From NCBI GenBank assembly GCA_005116965.1, contig SWDG01000006.1, positions 17,553 to 81,552 of the forward strand: a stretch of DNA of 64,000 nt. Direction: 5' to 3'. Origin of the DNA: Nitrospira sp. (GTDB taxonomy: Bacteria; Nitrospirota; Nitrospiria; Nitrospirales; Nitrospiraceae). Below are positions 20,223 to 30,212 of the stretch, in pieces. The stretch's first letter is position 1, and the number at the start of each line of letters is the position of its first letter. Below the pieces are notes generated by a model. The model was not told the origin of the DNA. It saw only the letters and a list, made by a program, of their open reading frames with translations, and made no database searches. The translations under genes and the position numbers were made by a program.

Positions 20223-21632
20223 ATGCTCTTCATCTCGAGAAATGAGCCCGCTTTGTGTGACTCAGAACGCCTTGACGGATCACTGCAGACGGATCCCATC
20301 GTTGCCGCGCGAATCGAAGCAATCAAGCAGCTAGCAGACGGACTCTCGGACCGCGTGGCGGTGATGGACTCCTCATTCAACGTCGTCTATGCGAACGAGG
20401 CAGCCTGGGCTGTCGACCAGACTCACACACCTTGCCGACCTCACGCCAAATGTTATGAAGCGTTTGCGCATCGGACCGACCCTTGTGGGACCTGTCCGGC
20501 CATAAGGGTATTTGAGGCATCCGAGGTCCAGTGCGTGTCTTGTTCCAGCGGAGGAGACGGCACGGCCTGCGGGATGCAACAAGCATTTCCCTTAGCGGAT
20601 GCGAAGGGAACGGTGGCATCAATGCTGGTGCTCTTTCATCCCACACCGAAGGCTCATAGTCGAGCAACGCCGGAGGATTCCACCGGTCAGGCGGGAGGCG
20701 ACGGGCTAGGGGATTTGATCGGTCGAAGTCCGGCCATGCGGCAGCTGTTCGACATGACTCGTCTTGTGGCGGATAGTTCGGCGACCGTCCTCATACAAGG
20801 GGAGAGTGGAACGGGTAAAGAAATCCTGGCGAGAACGATTCATGTGCTCAGCAGCCGGAAAGATCAGCCGTTCGTCGTCGTCGATTGCGGATCCCTGCCA
20901 GAGACACTGCTCGAAAGTGAACTGTTTGGGCATGTGAAGGGCGCCTTCACCGGGGCGGTCGCCAATAAGCGTGGGCTCTTCGAAGAGGCAGACGGCGGGA
21001 CCATCTTTCTCGATGAGATCGCCGATACCACGCCGACCTTTCAAGCGAAGCTGCTCCGCGTCCTGCAAGAGGGCGAGATCAAGCCCGTGGGTGGAACCAG
21101 GTCGCTGAAGATCCATGCGCGGGTCCTCTCTGCCTCGAACAAAGATCTGGCCGAACTGGTGAAGGCCAAGACGTTTCGGCAGGATCTGTACTATCGACTC
21201 GCCGTATTGCCTCTCTATTTGCCGGCTCTCCGAGAACGGCGAGACGACATCCCGCTGTTAGTCCGGCACTTCGTTGCTGCTTCGTGCGCTCGACATCATC
21301 AACCGGTTCGGCAGGTCGCTGAGCGAACGATGAGGACGTTGCGCGACGCCCCGTGGCCCGGCAATGTCCGACAATTGCAGCATTACGTCGAACGGGTTGT
21401 GGTGACGACCGCCGGGCCGTGGCTCGTATGTGATGATCTCCTCGACGTCGGCACCGCTGACGAGCACGAAAGTTTACGGTCAACGTCGCGGGGGGTGGTT
21501 GCCCAGGCTGAGCGCACACGAATCGTTGACGCGCTAGAAAAGACTGCCGGAAACCGATTGAAAGCCGCCAAGTTGCTCAAGATCAGCCGAGCGAGTCTTT
21601 ATAACAAACTTCGTGCCTATAGCATCGACTAG
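20223..21632 (+). CDS. Sigma54 enhancer-binding protein with a Cys-rich PAS-like input domain
   Basis: KCY..F..R.DPCGTCP and CVSC in the N-terminus; [23 protein letters not shown]; no receiver domain. Confidence 0.92.
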   Translation: MLFISRNEPALCDSERLDGSLQTDPIVAARIEAIKQLADGLSDRVAVMDSSFNVVYANEAAWAVDQTHTPCRPHAKCYEAFAHRTDPCGTCPAIRVFEASEVQCVSCSSGGDGTACGMQQAFPLADAKGTVASMLVLFHPTPKAHSRATPEDSTGQAGGDGLGDLIGRSPAMRQLFDMTRLVADSSATVLIQGESGTGKEILARTIHVLSSRKDQPFVVVDCGSLPETLLESELFGHVKGAFTGAVANKRGLFEEADGGTIFLDEIADTTPTFQAKLLRVLQEGEIKPVGGTRSLKIHARVLSASNKDLAELVKAKTFRQDLYYRLAVLPLYLPALRERRDDIPLLVRHFVAASCARHHQPVRQVAERTMRTLRDAPWPGNVRQLQHYVERVVVTTAGPWLVCDDLLDVGTADEHESLRSTSRGVVAQAERTRIVDALEKTAGNRLKAAKLLKISRASLYNKLRAYSID

Positions 21633-22022
21633 CTTGTTGGTTGTCCTCGTCCAGCTCTTTCTTCAGGTCATAGCTCTCCACGTATCTCAATAGTCTACTC
21701 CATTGAAGCTCTGGATAACGGTCCGGATGCCTGCCGGAGCTGTGTAGAACCTGCGCTTCAGCTCCTGCTATCTGGCCGGACAGAGCTGAATGTGAAGGTT
21801 GTCCCTCGTGTGTTCCTTTTCGCCTTTCTTTCACGGACGGACGTCTATGGCCGTGGACAGCATAAGTGGATGATATCTAAACGATCGAGCGAGATCTCCC
21901 TTGCGATTGTCCAAACTGATGGATTGCGTTGGGCACTCCAAAAAGACGCTGATACTCGATATGAACCTCCCATCGTCGCTCTTCATACGCGAATAATTCG
22001 TTGGAGAGACGGTGAACAAGCA

Positions 22023-22037
22023 TGGCATGAACGTTGC
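22023..22037 (+). promoter_or_regulatory. Sigma54 (-24/-12) promoter
   Basis: TGGCA-TGAACG-TTGC in a long intergenic region. Confidence 0.72.
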
Positions 22038-22048
22038 GGTTGTCAGAA

Positions 22049-22200
22049 GCATAGACAGAGGTCTGGCTCTGTCGGAGTTAGCTAGTGATTCGCCCTGTCA
22101 GTAGTTAGCTCCATTCGCTCGGGAGCGAGCGGTTGTCCTGACCGCTACGTGCCAGCGATGAGGGGGTCACAGGTGAGAGTGGCCCCCTCGTTTTCTATTT
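22049..22200 (+). ncRNA. Candidate structured small RNA (~150 nt)
   Basis: Lies between a sigma54 promoter and an intrinsic terminator; four internal hairpins; no convincing ORF or RBS. Confidence 0.5.
22160..22200 (+). terminator. Intrinsic terminator
   Basis: GAGGGGGTCAC / GTGGCCCCCTC 11-bp stem followed by GTTTTCTATTT. Confidence 0.78.
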
Positions 22201-22336
22201 AGTCCGGGCCAGCGGATGGCACACATGGTTTGAGTGCGAAGCAACATGCAAGACGATAGGAAACTATCTCTTGTACATGACTACCAGTGGGTGTCGGACA
22301 CGCCGTGAAGGCCGCCCGTTGGGAAAGAAGAGGCCC

Positions 22337-23194
22337 ATGCCGAGGATTAGCCCTGTGGCCGACATGGAAAGCAATCTTGTAGAAGCTGTCGAGGGGATGG
22401 ATCGCTCTCTCCTTCATCAAGCCTATTGGGATCAGAACGAGTTTCTGTTGTTGGAACAGTTTATCCCGCCGTCGGTAGTCAAGCCCTGCCTATGCGAGAC
22501 CGAGCAGCTCAGCGGTGAAGTCCATCGTAATTACGTACCCGGCCACAAGCAGGGAGGCAGCGTCAGCTCCTACGTCATTCGTGAAAAATCGCCGGTGATT
22601 TTAGCCTTATATCGGTCGCCCGCGCTTCGGACGTTCCTCAGCCGGCTGGTCGACGCTCCTCTCATGCTCTGTCCCGAAGACGATCCGCATGCCTGCGCGT
22701 TGTATTACTACACGAAGCCCGGCGACCACATCGGCTTTCACTATGACAGGTCCTACTACAAAGGCGCCCGCTATACGGTTCTCATCGGCCTAGTCGAGCA
22801 ATCCGAGCATTGCCGGTTGGTGGCGCGGGTGCATAAGGGTAAGGCTCCCACCGAGATCAGCGAAACTCGCATCCCAATGGAGCCGGGAACGATGGTGGTC
22901 TTCAACGGCGACAAACTCTGGCATGCCGTCACACCGCTTGGTGTTCAGGAACGGCGGGTGATCTTGACGCTGCAATACGTGACGGATCAGCGGATGGGGC
23001 CGCTCAAGAAACTGTTCTCCAACATGAAGGATGCGTTTGCCTACTTCGGGCCGGCCGCGCTGATGCAACGGCCCAAGGCGAAGCAGACCTCGATCAACGA
23101 CCGCGCGATGATCCGGTCCGACATGATGACCGATCATCCGACGCTGCAATTTCTCACGGGAGCATGGAGTGCATCTCTCAATCGCGATTCCTGA
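22337..23194 (+). CDS. 2-oxoglutarate/Fe(II)-dependent oxygenase
   Basis: HYD...HAV...R facial triad plus the 2OG-binding Arg; start uncertain (22271-22364). Confidence 0.8.
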   Translation: MPRISPVADMESNLVEAVEGMDRSLLHQAYWDQNEFLLLEQFIPPSVVKPCLCETEQLSGEVHRNYVPGHKQGGSVSSYVIREKSPVILALYRSPALRTFLSRLVDAPLMLCPEDDPHACALYYYTKPGDHIGFHYDRSYYKGARYTVLIGLVEQSEHCRLVARVHKGKAPTEISETRIPMEPGTMVVFNGDKLWHAVTPLGVQERRVILTLQYVTDQRMGPLKKLFSNMKDAFAYFGPAALMQRPKAKQTSINDRAMIRSDMMTDHPTLQFLTGAWSASLNRDS

Positions 23195-23675
23195 GGCGCA
23201 GGTGGTGGAAGCCCCGGCCTTGCTGCGGATAGTCCGAATGGCGCCGGCCTGCGATGTCGAGGCTGATGAACAGGGGGCGTCGTATGTCGCGCTCTTCGAT
23301 GATTTCCCCAAATCGGTCGAAATCGTCGTACGACTGATCGAGGAGGCGTGGGACCTACACGATGTCCACATCACACTCGAAGGCAGACCCGTCGTGAGCC
23401 GGATAAACTTCTATGCCGCCCTCCGCTGCTATCACGAGAGTCTTGGTGCGCCGGATGCGGAAGCCTACTGTCTTCAGCAGGCGTCGAGTGTGAACAATGA
23501 AGCAGGGTGCCCTGATCGAGCGTGTCTGTCCCATTGTCAGTTTATGTGTTCACGATGTGTGGGACTGTCGCGCCATCAGAGTGCGCCTCCGATGTCGATT
23601 CAACTCTTGGAACTGGCGCGCCGGGCGGAAGTGGACTGGTGTCCGAACCTGCGCATCGCGAAGGTAGATGCGTGA
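23169..23675 (+). CDS. Cys-rich hypothetical protein
   Basis: ORF with CPDRACLSHCQFMCSRC and WCPNL; overlaps the upstream stop. Confidence 0.65.
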   Translation: MHLSIAIPEAQVVEAPALLRIVRMAPACDVEADEQGASYVALFDDFPKSVEIVVRLIEEAWDLHDVHITLEGRPVVSRINFYAALRCYHESLGAPDAEAYCLQQASSVNNEAGCPDRACLSHCQFMCSRCVGLSRHQSAPPMSIQLLELARRAEVDWCPNLRIAKVDA

Positions 23676-23860
23676 ACTAGCACATGAAGGTGAAGCGAAG
23701 CCAAGATCAGGCGTTCGCATTTCTTGTGTCTTTTGATCGGTTGAGGACGTGCGGAATTACTTATTCACCAAGCTGAGGCCTCGGGCCGGAGGGCGTCTGT
23801 CAGCTGATTGCTCGAAGGAGGGCCGTGCTCCTCGATGCATAACCAGGGAGGGGGAGTGTC

Positions 23861-24547
23861 ATGCAGGTTCAGAAGAGCAGGAGGAACATCGGAGAATGGT
23901 CTGTCGCGGCTTCGCTTGCCGCCGTGCTCGCCCTGACTAGTGTGGGAACGGCTTTGGCTGAAGATACGACCACAACAGGAAACCGCGTATTCTTTCGTGG
24001 AGGCTATGGACAGATGCTGAGTGATCGGGCTGGTGAGTTTATCACCGACGTCCATGGAGCCGGTGGTAAGAATGATGGAACCGGGGGCTATTACATCGGC
24101 GGTGGCGCGGAGCTGATGGTCACCAAGGATCTGTGGGGTATGCTGCCAGGTGTCGCGCTTGTGGGCGAGATCGGATTGGAATTCAAGCGATGGAGTTCCA
24201 GCAGTGTCGTGAGCGGAGAAGCCCTGACGCCTGTCAGCAATTTTACTCCGGCCAAGGTGCAGATGACCATGTTGACGGCAAGCGTCGCGCCGAAAGTGAA
24301 GTTCCGGCAGGGGACCGACTTCCAACCTTGGATCATTCCGGCCGGGTTGGATTTCCACGTCATCAGCCCAACATCGAGTCAGATCAATTACTTGGACATC
24401 GGGGTTCAGTTTGGTGGGGGTGCTGAGTTTCGCCTGTGGAAAGAGCTGTGGTTGGGTCTCGACAGCCGCTTCCACCTGGCCTCCAATCAAACTAACACGG
24501 TGAATAATTTCTGGACTGCCGGCATCTATGGGGCCATCGGCTTCTAA
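23861..24547 (+). CDS. Small outer-membrane beta-barrel protein
   Basis: Signal peptide (TALA-E), alternating beta strands, C-terminal Phe; RBS GGAG. Confidence 0.75.
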   Translation: MQVQKSRRNIGEWSVAASLAAVLALTSVGTALAEDTTTTGNRVFFRGGYGQMLSDRAGEFITDVHGAGGKNDGTGGYYIGGGAELMVTKDLWGMLPGVALVGEIGLEFKRWSSSSVVSGEALTPVSNFTPAKVQMTMLTASVAPKVKFRQGTDFQPWIIPAGLDFHVISPTSSQINYLDIGVQFGGGAEFRLWKELWLGLDSRFHLASNQTNTVNNFWTAGIYGAIGF

Positions 24548-24606
24548 ACAGCGGTGATGGTGGAGGAAGTGCCGTCATTTTATCCCTAAACCGCAGAAGC
24601 CTGTTC

Positions 24607-24730
24607 GCGGGAAGCGTATTTCGTGAAGCGTGAAGCCCGCTCCGCCGACGATGCGAGGCGAGTGCAGGACGGAAGGGGAAGGTATCTCCTCTTTATTTGC
24701 GCGATACGCTTCACGAGATACGAGCGACGA
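24607..24730. repeat. Heptamer-based inverted repeat element (GTGAAGC / CGAGATA type)
   Basis: CGTATTTCGTGAAGCGT (24615-24631) pairs with ACGCTTCACGAGATACG (24706-24722), 16/17 matches. Confidence 0.75.
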
Positions 24731-24759
24731 ATTATCCAGATGTTCTACAAGGAGTTTCA

Positions 24760-25461
24760 ATGTCCATCCCTGAACAAGCCCCAGTGCCTCAGGCACCCAC
24801 ACGCCAATATGTGAACTTCATTTTCTATAAAGTCGACCCAGCCTGGCGGCGCCTACCAGAAGATGTGCGGACCCAGGGCAAACAGGAGTTCCTCCGGGCC
24901 GTGGAGGACTACAATGGCAAAGTCCTGGTGGTGCCCTATTCCACCATCGGCATTCGCGGCGACTGCGACTTTATGCTCTGGCGGATCAGCTATGATCTGG
25001 ACCTCTTCCAAGACATGAGCGCTAAGATCCTCGCCTCCGGCCTGGGGCAATACCTCACGACCCCGTATTCCTATCTCGCGATCACGAAGCGCTCGGTCTA
25101 CGTGGACCATCACACCCACGCGGGACAGGAAGGGAAACGGCTGACGGTGGTGCCGGGGAAGAGCAAATATAACTTCGTGTATCCGTTCCTGAAAACGCGC
25201 GAGTGGTTCCTGCTCACGAAGGCGGCGCGACAGGGCATGATGGATGAGCATATCGAAGTGGGCCATCGGTTTCCGTCCGTGAAGCTGAATACGGCCTATT
25301 CGTTTGGGTTGGATGATCAGGAATGGGTGGTGGCGTTTGAAAGCGATAAGCCGGAAGACTTTCTGGAACTTGTGATGGCGCTGCGAGAAACCGAAGGCTC
25401 ACGCTACACGCTGCGTGACCTAAACCGGACACTTCTCGTGCTACAAAAACCGGACAGATGA
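24760..25461 (+). pseudogene. Chlorite dismutase-family protein (HemQ/ChdC-like), C-terminally truncated at ~25419
   Basis: YPF.KT..W, MMDEH (proximal His), YSFGLDDQEWVVAFE. Leu sits where true Cld has the distal Arg. After YTLRD the frame runs into an IS-end-like sequence. Confidence 0.75.
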
Positions 25462-25474
25462 TGTGCTAGCTACA
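25420..25474. mobile_element. Isolated transposon/IS terminal remnant (IS1202/IS481/Tn7-like end)
   Basis: AAACCGGACA-N6-GTGCTA repeated with a 25-nt period (25422, 25447), ending ...ACA (TGT terminus on the - strand), exactly between two truncated genes. Confidence 0.6.
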
Positions 25475-26395
25475 AGGGAAGTTTCGCACAGCATGTTCCC
25501 CGGCTACCCGATCCATTCCATTACCAACGGAGTGCACGCGATGACGTGGACCGCTCCATCATTCCAGAAACTCTTCGATACCCATCTGCCGGACTGGCGG
25601 CGCGATCAACTCTCGCTGCGCTATGCCGTGAGTATTCCCACCTCGGACATCTGGGCGGCCCATGTGGAAGCCAAGCGTACGTTGGTCGAACATGTGAATC
25701 GGGAAGCGAATGCGGGTTTTGATCGCGAAGTATTGACGATTGGATTTGCCCGTCGGTTTGCGGCCTACAAACGGGCCGGCATGATCTTTCAGGATCTCGC
25801 GCGGCTCAAGCAGATTGTCCGAGCGGCGGGGCCGATCCAGATCGTCTTTGCCGGCAAGGCGCATCCGCATGACCGCGAGGGCAAGGACCTGATCGCGCAT
25901 ATTCATGAGATGCGTGACGCGCTGCACGGGAGTATCAACGTTGCCTACCTGACCAACTATGATATGGAGGTGGCCAAGATGTTCTGTGCCGGTGTGGATG
26001 TGTGGCTCAATACACCGTTACCTCCGCTGGAGGCATCGGGAACGAGTGGGATGAAGGCGGCGATGAACGGAGTACCGAGTCTGAGTGTGCTGGACGGCTG
26101 GTGGATCGAAGGCCATCTCGAAGGCGTAACCGGTTGGTCGATCGGCGATCGAGTGGAAGCTTGTATGGAGCCTGGTGGAGGCATGGATTCCTTCCATGCT
26201 GCAGCGCTGTACGACAAGCTAGAACAAAAAGTGTTGCCCTGTTTCTACAAGGACCGTGAACGTTTTATCGAAATCATGCGGCAGGCCATTGCATTGAACG
26301 GTGGGTTCTTCAATACTCAGAGAATGATGGCCCAGTATCTTCACGACGCCTATCGGCTGGGGCAATCCCCAGTGGTGCAGCCGGGGTCGGCGTGA
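25475..26395 (+). pseudogene. glgP: Alpha-glucan (glycogen) phosphorylase, N-terminally truncated
   Basis: EVS..MFPGY.I.SITNGVH, GFARRFAAYKR, FAGKAHP, EASGTSGMK (PLP lysine), SVLDGWW; N-terminal part absent. Confidence 0.85.
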
Positions 26396-26426
26396 CACGT
26401 TGTCATCTCAGATCTCGGGGGATACT

Positions 26427-27626
26427 GTGATTCTGCCGCAGACGAAGGGGCTTATCCTCACAGTCAACGGCGGGTCATCGAGTCTCAAGTTTGCCCTGTT
26501 TCAAGATCCAGATTCTCCCGCGCCGATTGCACGAGGCACGATCGAGCGGATCGGACTGCCTGATACTGTGCTGATGGTGAATGATGTCGTGGCGCAACGA
26601 CAGGAACGTCAACCCGTCAATGCACCTGATCATCAGGCCTGCGTGGGAGTCTTGATCGACTGGCTGGAACGCCGGGTCGAAATGAAGCGCCTGCGCGCTG
26701 TTGGCCATCGGATTGTCCATGGCGGGATGACCTACAACAGGCCTGCGTCCGTGACACCCAGCATGTTGGAAGAATTGAGGAGGATCAGCCCGTACGATCC
26801 AGAGCATTTGCCGTCAGAGATCAGTTTGATCGAAGCCTTCAGCCGACGTTATCCGAATCTTCCCCAAATCGCCTGCTTCGATACGGCGTTCCATCATGAT
26901 ATGCCTCAAGTTGCTCGGCTTCTGCCGATCCCAAGACGCTTCTACAAGCTCGGCCTGCGGCGGTATGGTTTTCATGGGTTGTCTTATGCCTTTCTCATGA
27001 GGGAGTTGTCCAGAATAGGGACGCCTGGCGAAGCCAACGGTCGCCTCATCCTCGCGCATCTCGGGAACGGTGCGAGTATGGCTGCGGTGAAGGACGGAAA
27101 GGCAGTTGATACGACGATGAGTTTCACTCCTACCTCGGGCCTGGTCATGAGCCGTCGGTCAGGAGATCTCGATCCAGGGCTGATCTCTTACTTGGCCCAA
27201 ACAGAAGGCATGACGGTGGAGCAATTTCATCGCATGGTCAACATTGAATCGGGCCTCCTCGGCGTATCAGAGACCAGTGCCGACATGCGAGACCTCCTCA
27301 AGCAAGAGCAGAATGATCCACGAGCCGCCGAGGCGATCGAGTTATTTTGTTATCAGGCCAGAAAATGGATCGGTGCGCTGGCTGCGACACTGGGTGGCTT
27401 GGACACATTGGTGTTTAGTGCCGGGATTGGGGAAAATGCTCCCGCGATTCGAGCGCGTATCTGTACTGGGCTGCAGCACCTTGGCGTCACGCTGGATGAG
27501 ATGCGCAATGAGGCCGGAGAAGCTGTGATTTCCCCTGATGATAGCAGGGCAGCCGTCCGTGTGATGCATACAGATGAAGAAAGTGAGATCGCCCGGTCCG
27601 TCGCTGAGTTATTGCAGGCAACCTAA
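26427..27626 (+). CDS. ackA: Acetate kinase
   Basis: NGGSSSLK, GHRIVHGG, FDTAFH, RYGFHGLS, HLGNGAS, GIGEN, TDEE. Confidence 0.96.
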   Translation: MILPQTKGLILTVNGGSSSLKFALFQDPDSPAPIARGTIERIGLPDTVLMVNDVVAQRQERQPVNAPDHQACVGVLIDWLERRVEMKRLRAVGHRIVHGGMTYNRPASVTPSMLEELRRISPYDPEHLPSEISLIEAFSRRYPNLPQIACFDTAFHHDMPQVARLLPIPRRFYKLGLRRYGFHGLSYAFLMRELSRIGTPGEANGRLILAHLGNGASMAAVKDGKAVDTTMSFTPTSGLVMSRRSGDLDPGLISYLAQTEGMTVEQFHRMVNIESGLLGVSETSADMRDLLKQEQNDPRAAEAIELFCYQARKWIGALAATLGGLDTLVFSAGIGENAPAIRARICTGLQHLGVTLDEMRNEAGEAVISPDDSRAAVRVMHTDEESEIARSVAELLQAT

Positions 27627-27638
27627 ACGGGAGATGAG

Positions 27639-30044
27639 ATGATCATGGGTCGAACGAGCAAGAATTCGGTCAGTTCCAAGTTGTTGAACAAGATGGATGC
27701 CTACTGGCGGGCGGCCAACTATCTGTCAGTCGGTCAGATCTATCTGTATGACAACCCGCTGTTGAGGAAGCCGCTGACGCGTGATCACATCAAGCCTCGC
27801 CTGCTCGGTCATTGGGGAACGACGCCGGGCTTGAACTTTATCTATGTGCATCTGAACCGGATCATCACACAACATGATCTCAACATGATCTATATCGCCG
27901 GTCCCGGCCACGGCGGACCAGGGATTGTCGCCAATGCCTACCTCGAAGGGACCTATAGCGAGGTCTATCCAAACATCTCGCAGGATGAACAGGGTCTGAA
28001 ACGGTTGTTCAAGCAATTTTCTTTCCCCGGCGGCATCCCCAGCCATGTGTCTCCAGAAACACCAGGTTCCATTCACGAAGGCGGCGAGTTAGGCTATTCC
28101 CTCTCGCATGCCTCTGGGGCCGTCTTCGACAATCCGGATCTGATCGCAGCCTGTGTGGTCGGCGACGGTGAAGCGGAAACCGGCCCGTTGGCCACGAGCT
28201 GGCATTCTAACAAATTTCTGAATCCGGCGACCGACGGGGTGGTCCTGCCGATTCTCCATCTAAACGGCTATAAGATCGCGAGTCCAACAGTCTTGGCCCG
28301 CATCAGTCATGATGAGCTGGATCACCTCTTTCGCGGTTACGGCTACAGTCCCTATTTCGTCGAGGGCCACGATCCGTCGAAGATGCACCGACTCATGGCT
28401 TCGACACTTGATGCCGTTATGCAAGACATCCAACGGATCAAAGCCGATGCGGGCCGAAAGGGCGCCGCGCGAAGACCGTTCTGGCCAATGATTGTGCTCC
28501 GAACACCCAAAGGCTGGACCTGTCCTCCACAGATCGACGGCAAGCGGACCGAAGACTACTGGCGATCCCATCAAGTTCCGATGGGTGATATGGACAAGCA
28601 AGCCCATATCAGAATTCTTGAACAGTGGATGAAGAGCTACAAGCCGGAAACACTGTTTGATAAGACAGGACGATTCAAGCCCGAACTCGCCGAGCTCGCG
28701 CCCAAGGGAGCGCGTCGCATGAGCGCGAACCCTCACGCGAACGGTGGCCTGCTTCTCAGAGATCTGTGTCTGCCTGATTTCCGCGACTATGCCGTCAAGG
28801 TCACGAAACCAGGTGCGCTTGATGTCGAGTCTACCCGGCTCATGGGGACATTCCTGCGGGACACGATGAAGCTGAACATGGCGAGCCGGAACTTCCGTCT
28901 TTTTAGCCCGGACGAGAACAACTCAAATCGCTGGCAGGATGTGTTGGAGGTGACCAACCGCGCTTGGATGGCGGATCGCTATCCGTACGACGACCATCTG
29001 GCGCCGGACGGCCGGGTGATGGAGATGCTCAGTGAGCACCAGTGCCAGGGGTGGTTGGAAGGGTATCTCTTGAGCGGCCGACATGGCTTCTTTTCCTGTT
29101 ACGAAGCATTCATCCACATCATTGATTCAATGTTCAACCAACATGCCAAGTGGCTGAAGGTCTGCAACCACATCCCGTGGCGACGACCGATTGCCTCGCT
29201 GAATTATTTGTTGTCCTCCCATGTCTGGCGGCAGGATCACAATGGCTTCAGCCATCAAGATCCTGGGTTTATCGATCACGTGGTCAACAAGAAAGCCGAG
29301 GTGATCCGGGTCTATCTGCCACCCGATGCCAATACGCTGCTGTCTGTCACCGACCATTGTCTGCGCAGTCGCAACCATGTGAACGTCATCGTGGCTGGCA
29401 AGCAGTCGGCGCCGCAATGGCTTGACATGGATGCTGCGGTGAAGCATTGCACAGCCGGCATCGGCATTTGGGAATGGGCGAGTAACGATCGAAATAGTGA
29501 GCCGGACGTAGTGATGGCCTGTTGCGGCGATGTACCGACGCTGGAAACGTTGGCGGCCGTCTCCTTGTTGCGGGGCTACTTGCCGGATGTGAAAGTGCGA
29601 GTGGTCAACGTGGTGGATCTCATGAAGCTGCAACCATCCGCTGAACATCCGAACGGATTGTCCGACAAGGACTTCGATGCCTTGTTCACGACAGACAAGC
29701 CGGTCATCTTCGCGTTCCACGGCTACCCGTGGCTGATTCACCGGCTCACCTACCGACGGACGAATCACAAGAACCTGCACGTGCGCGGATACAAAGAAGA
29801 AGGGACCACGTCGACTCCGTTCGATATGGTGGTGATGAACGATCTCGATCGGTTTCATCTGGTCGCTGATGTCATCGACCGGATATCACTACGCGGCTCG
29901 CGGGCCGACTATGCCAAGCAGGCCCTCCGCGACAAGCGCATCGAACATAAGCAATATATCGCTGAGCACGGTGAAGACATGCCGGAGATCCGCCAATGGA
30001 AGTGGGACTTGAGCCAGAAACCCGTCCGAAGGAGGCGCGGGTAA
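27639..30044 (+). CDS. xfp: Xylulose-5-phosphate/fructose-6-phosphate phosphoketolase
   Basis: [32 protein letters not shown] motif, [11 protein letters not shown]. Confidence 0.97.
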   Translation: MIMGRTSKNSVSSKLLNKMDAYWRAANYLSVGQIYLYDNPLLRKPLTRDHIKPRLLGHWGTTPGLNFIYVHLNRIITQHDLNMIYIAGPGHGGPGIVANAYLEGTYSEVYPNISQDEQGLKRLFKQFSFPGGIPSHVSPETPGSIHEGGELGYSLSHASGAVFDNPDLIAACVVGDGEAETGPLATSWHSNKFLNPATDGVVLPILHLNGYKIASPTVLARISHDELDHLFRGYGYSPYFVEGHDPSKMHRLMASTLDAVMQDIQRIKADAGRKGAARRPFWPMIVLRTPKGWTCPPQIDGKRTEDYWRSHQVPMGDMDKQAHIRILEQWMKSYKPETLFDKTGRFKPELAELAPKGARRMSANPHANGGLLLRDLCLPDFRDYAVKVTKPGALDVESTRLMGTFLRDTMKLNMASRNFRLFSPDENNSNRWQDVLEVTNRAWMADRYPYDDHLAPDGRVMEMLSEHQCQGWLEGYLLSGRHGFFSCYEAFIHIIDSMFNQHAKWLKVCNHIPWRRPIASLNYLLSSHVWRQDHNGFSHQDPGFIDHVVNKKAEVIRVYLPPDANTLLSVTDHCLRSRNHVNVIVAGKQSAPQWLDMDAAVKHCTAGIGIWEWASNDRNSEPDVVMACCGDVPTLETLAAVSLLRGYLPDVKVRVVNVVDLMKLQPSAEHPNGLSDKDFDALFTTDKPVIFAFHGYPWLIHRLTYRRTNHKNLHVRGYKEEGTTSTPFDMVVMNDLDRFHLVADVIDRISLRGSRADYAKQALRDKRIEHKQYIAEHGEDMPEIRQWKWDLSQKPVRRRRG

Positions 30045-30212
30045 ACAGCGAACCGCTCCAAGACGTGTACAACTATGCTGCACATACGAGCGTGCAGCTA
30101 GTCAGCAATGCTTCTCAATATCTATGAATTTCTTCCCACAATATGCTATCGAAGGGCCCTATGAAGGGTGTTCAGCTCGCTTCATGCAAAAATGTTAAAG
30201 GGGAGGAAAGGT

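Noticed and set aside
21583..21834. 83-aa ORF on the - strand after the second activator
   Set aside because: Overlaps the activator 3' end and has no recognisable motif; cannot be supported without a homology search
22337..23194. BesD-type halogenase
   Set aside because: The iron motif is HxD; halogenases have Gly or Ala in place of Asp
24760..25461. True chlorite dismutase
   Set aside because: The distal Arg position holds Leu (VKLNT), which fits the HemQ/ChdC-like branch, and the gene is truncated
25420..25461. LNRTLLVL read as part of GlgP (similar to LNMTxLAL)
   Set aside because: Out of frame with glgP, followed by a stop, and better explained by the repeated IS-end-like DNA motif
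29741..29750. CCGGCTCACC matching the tRNA-Lys 3' end (possible att site)
   Set aside because: Only 10 nt and inside the intact xfp coding frame; expected by chance
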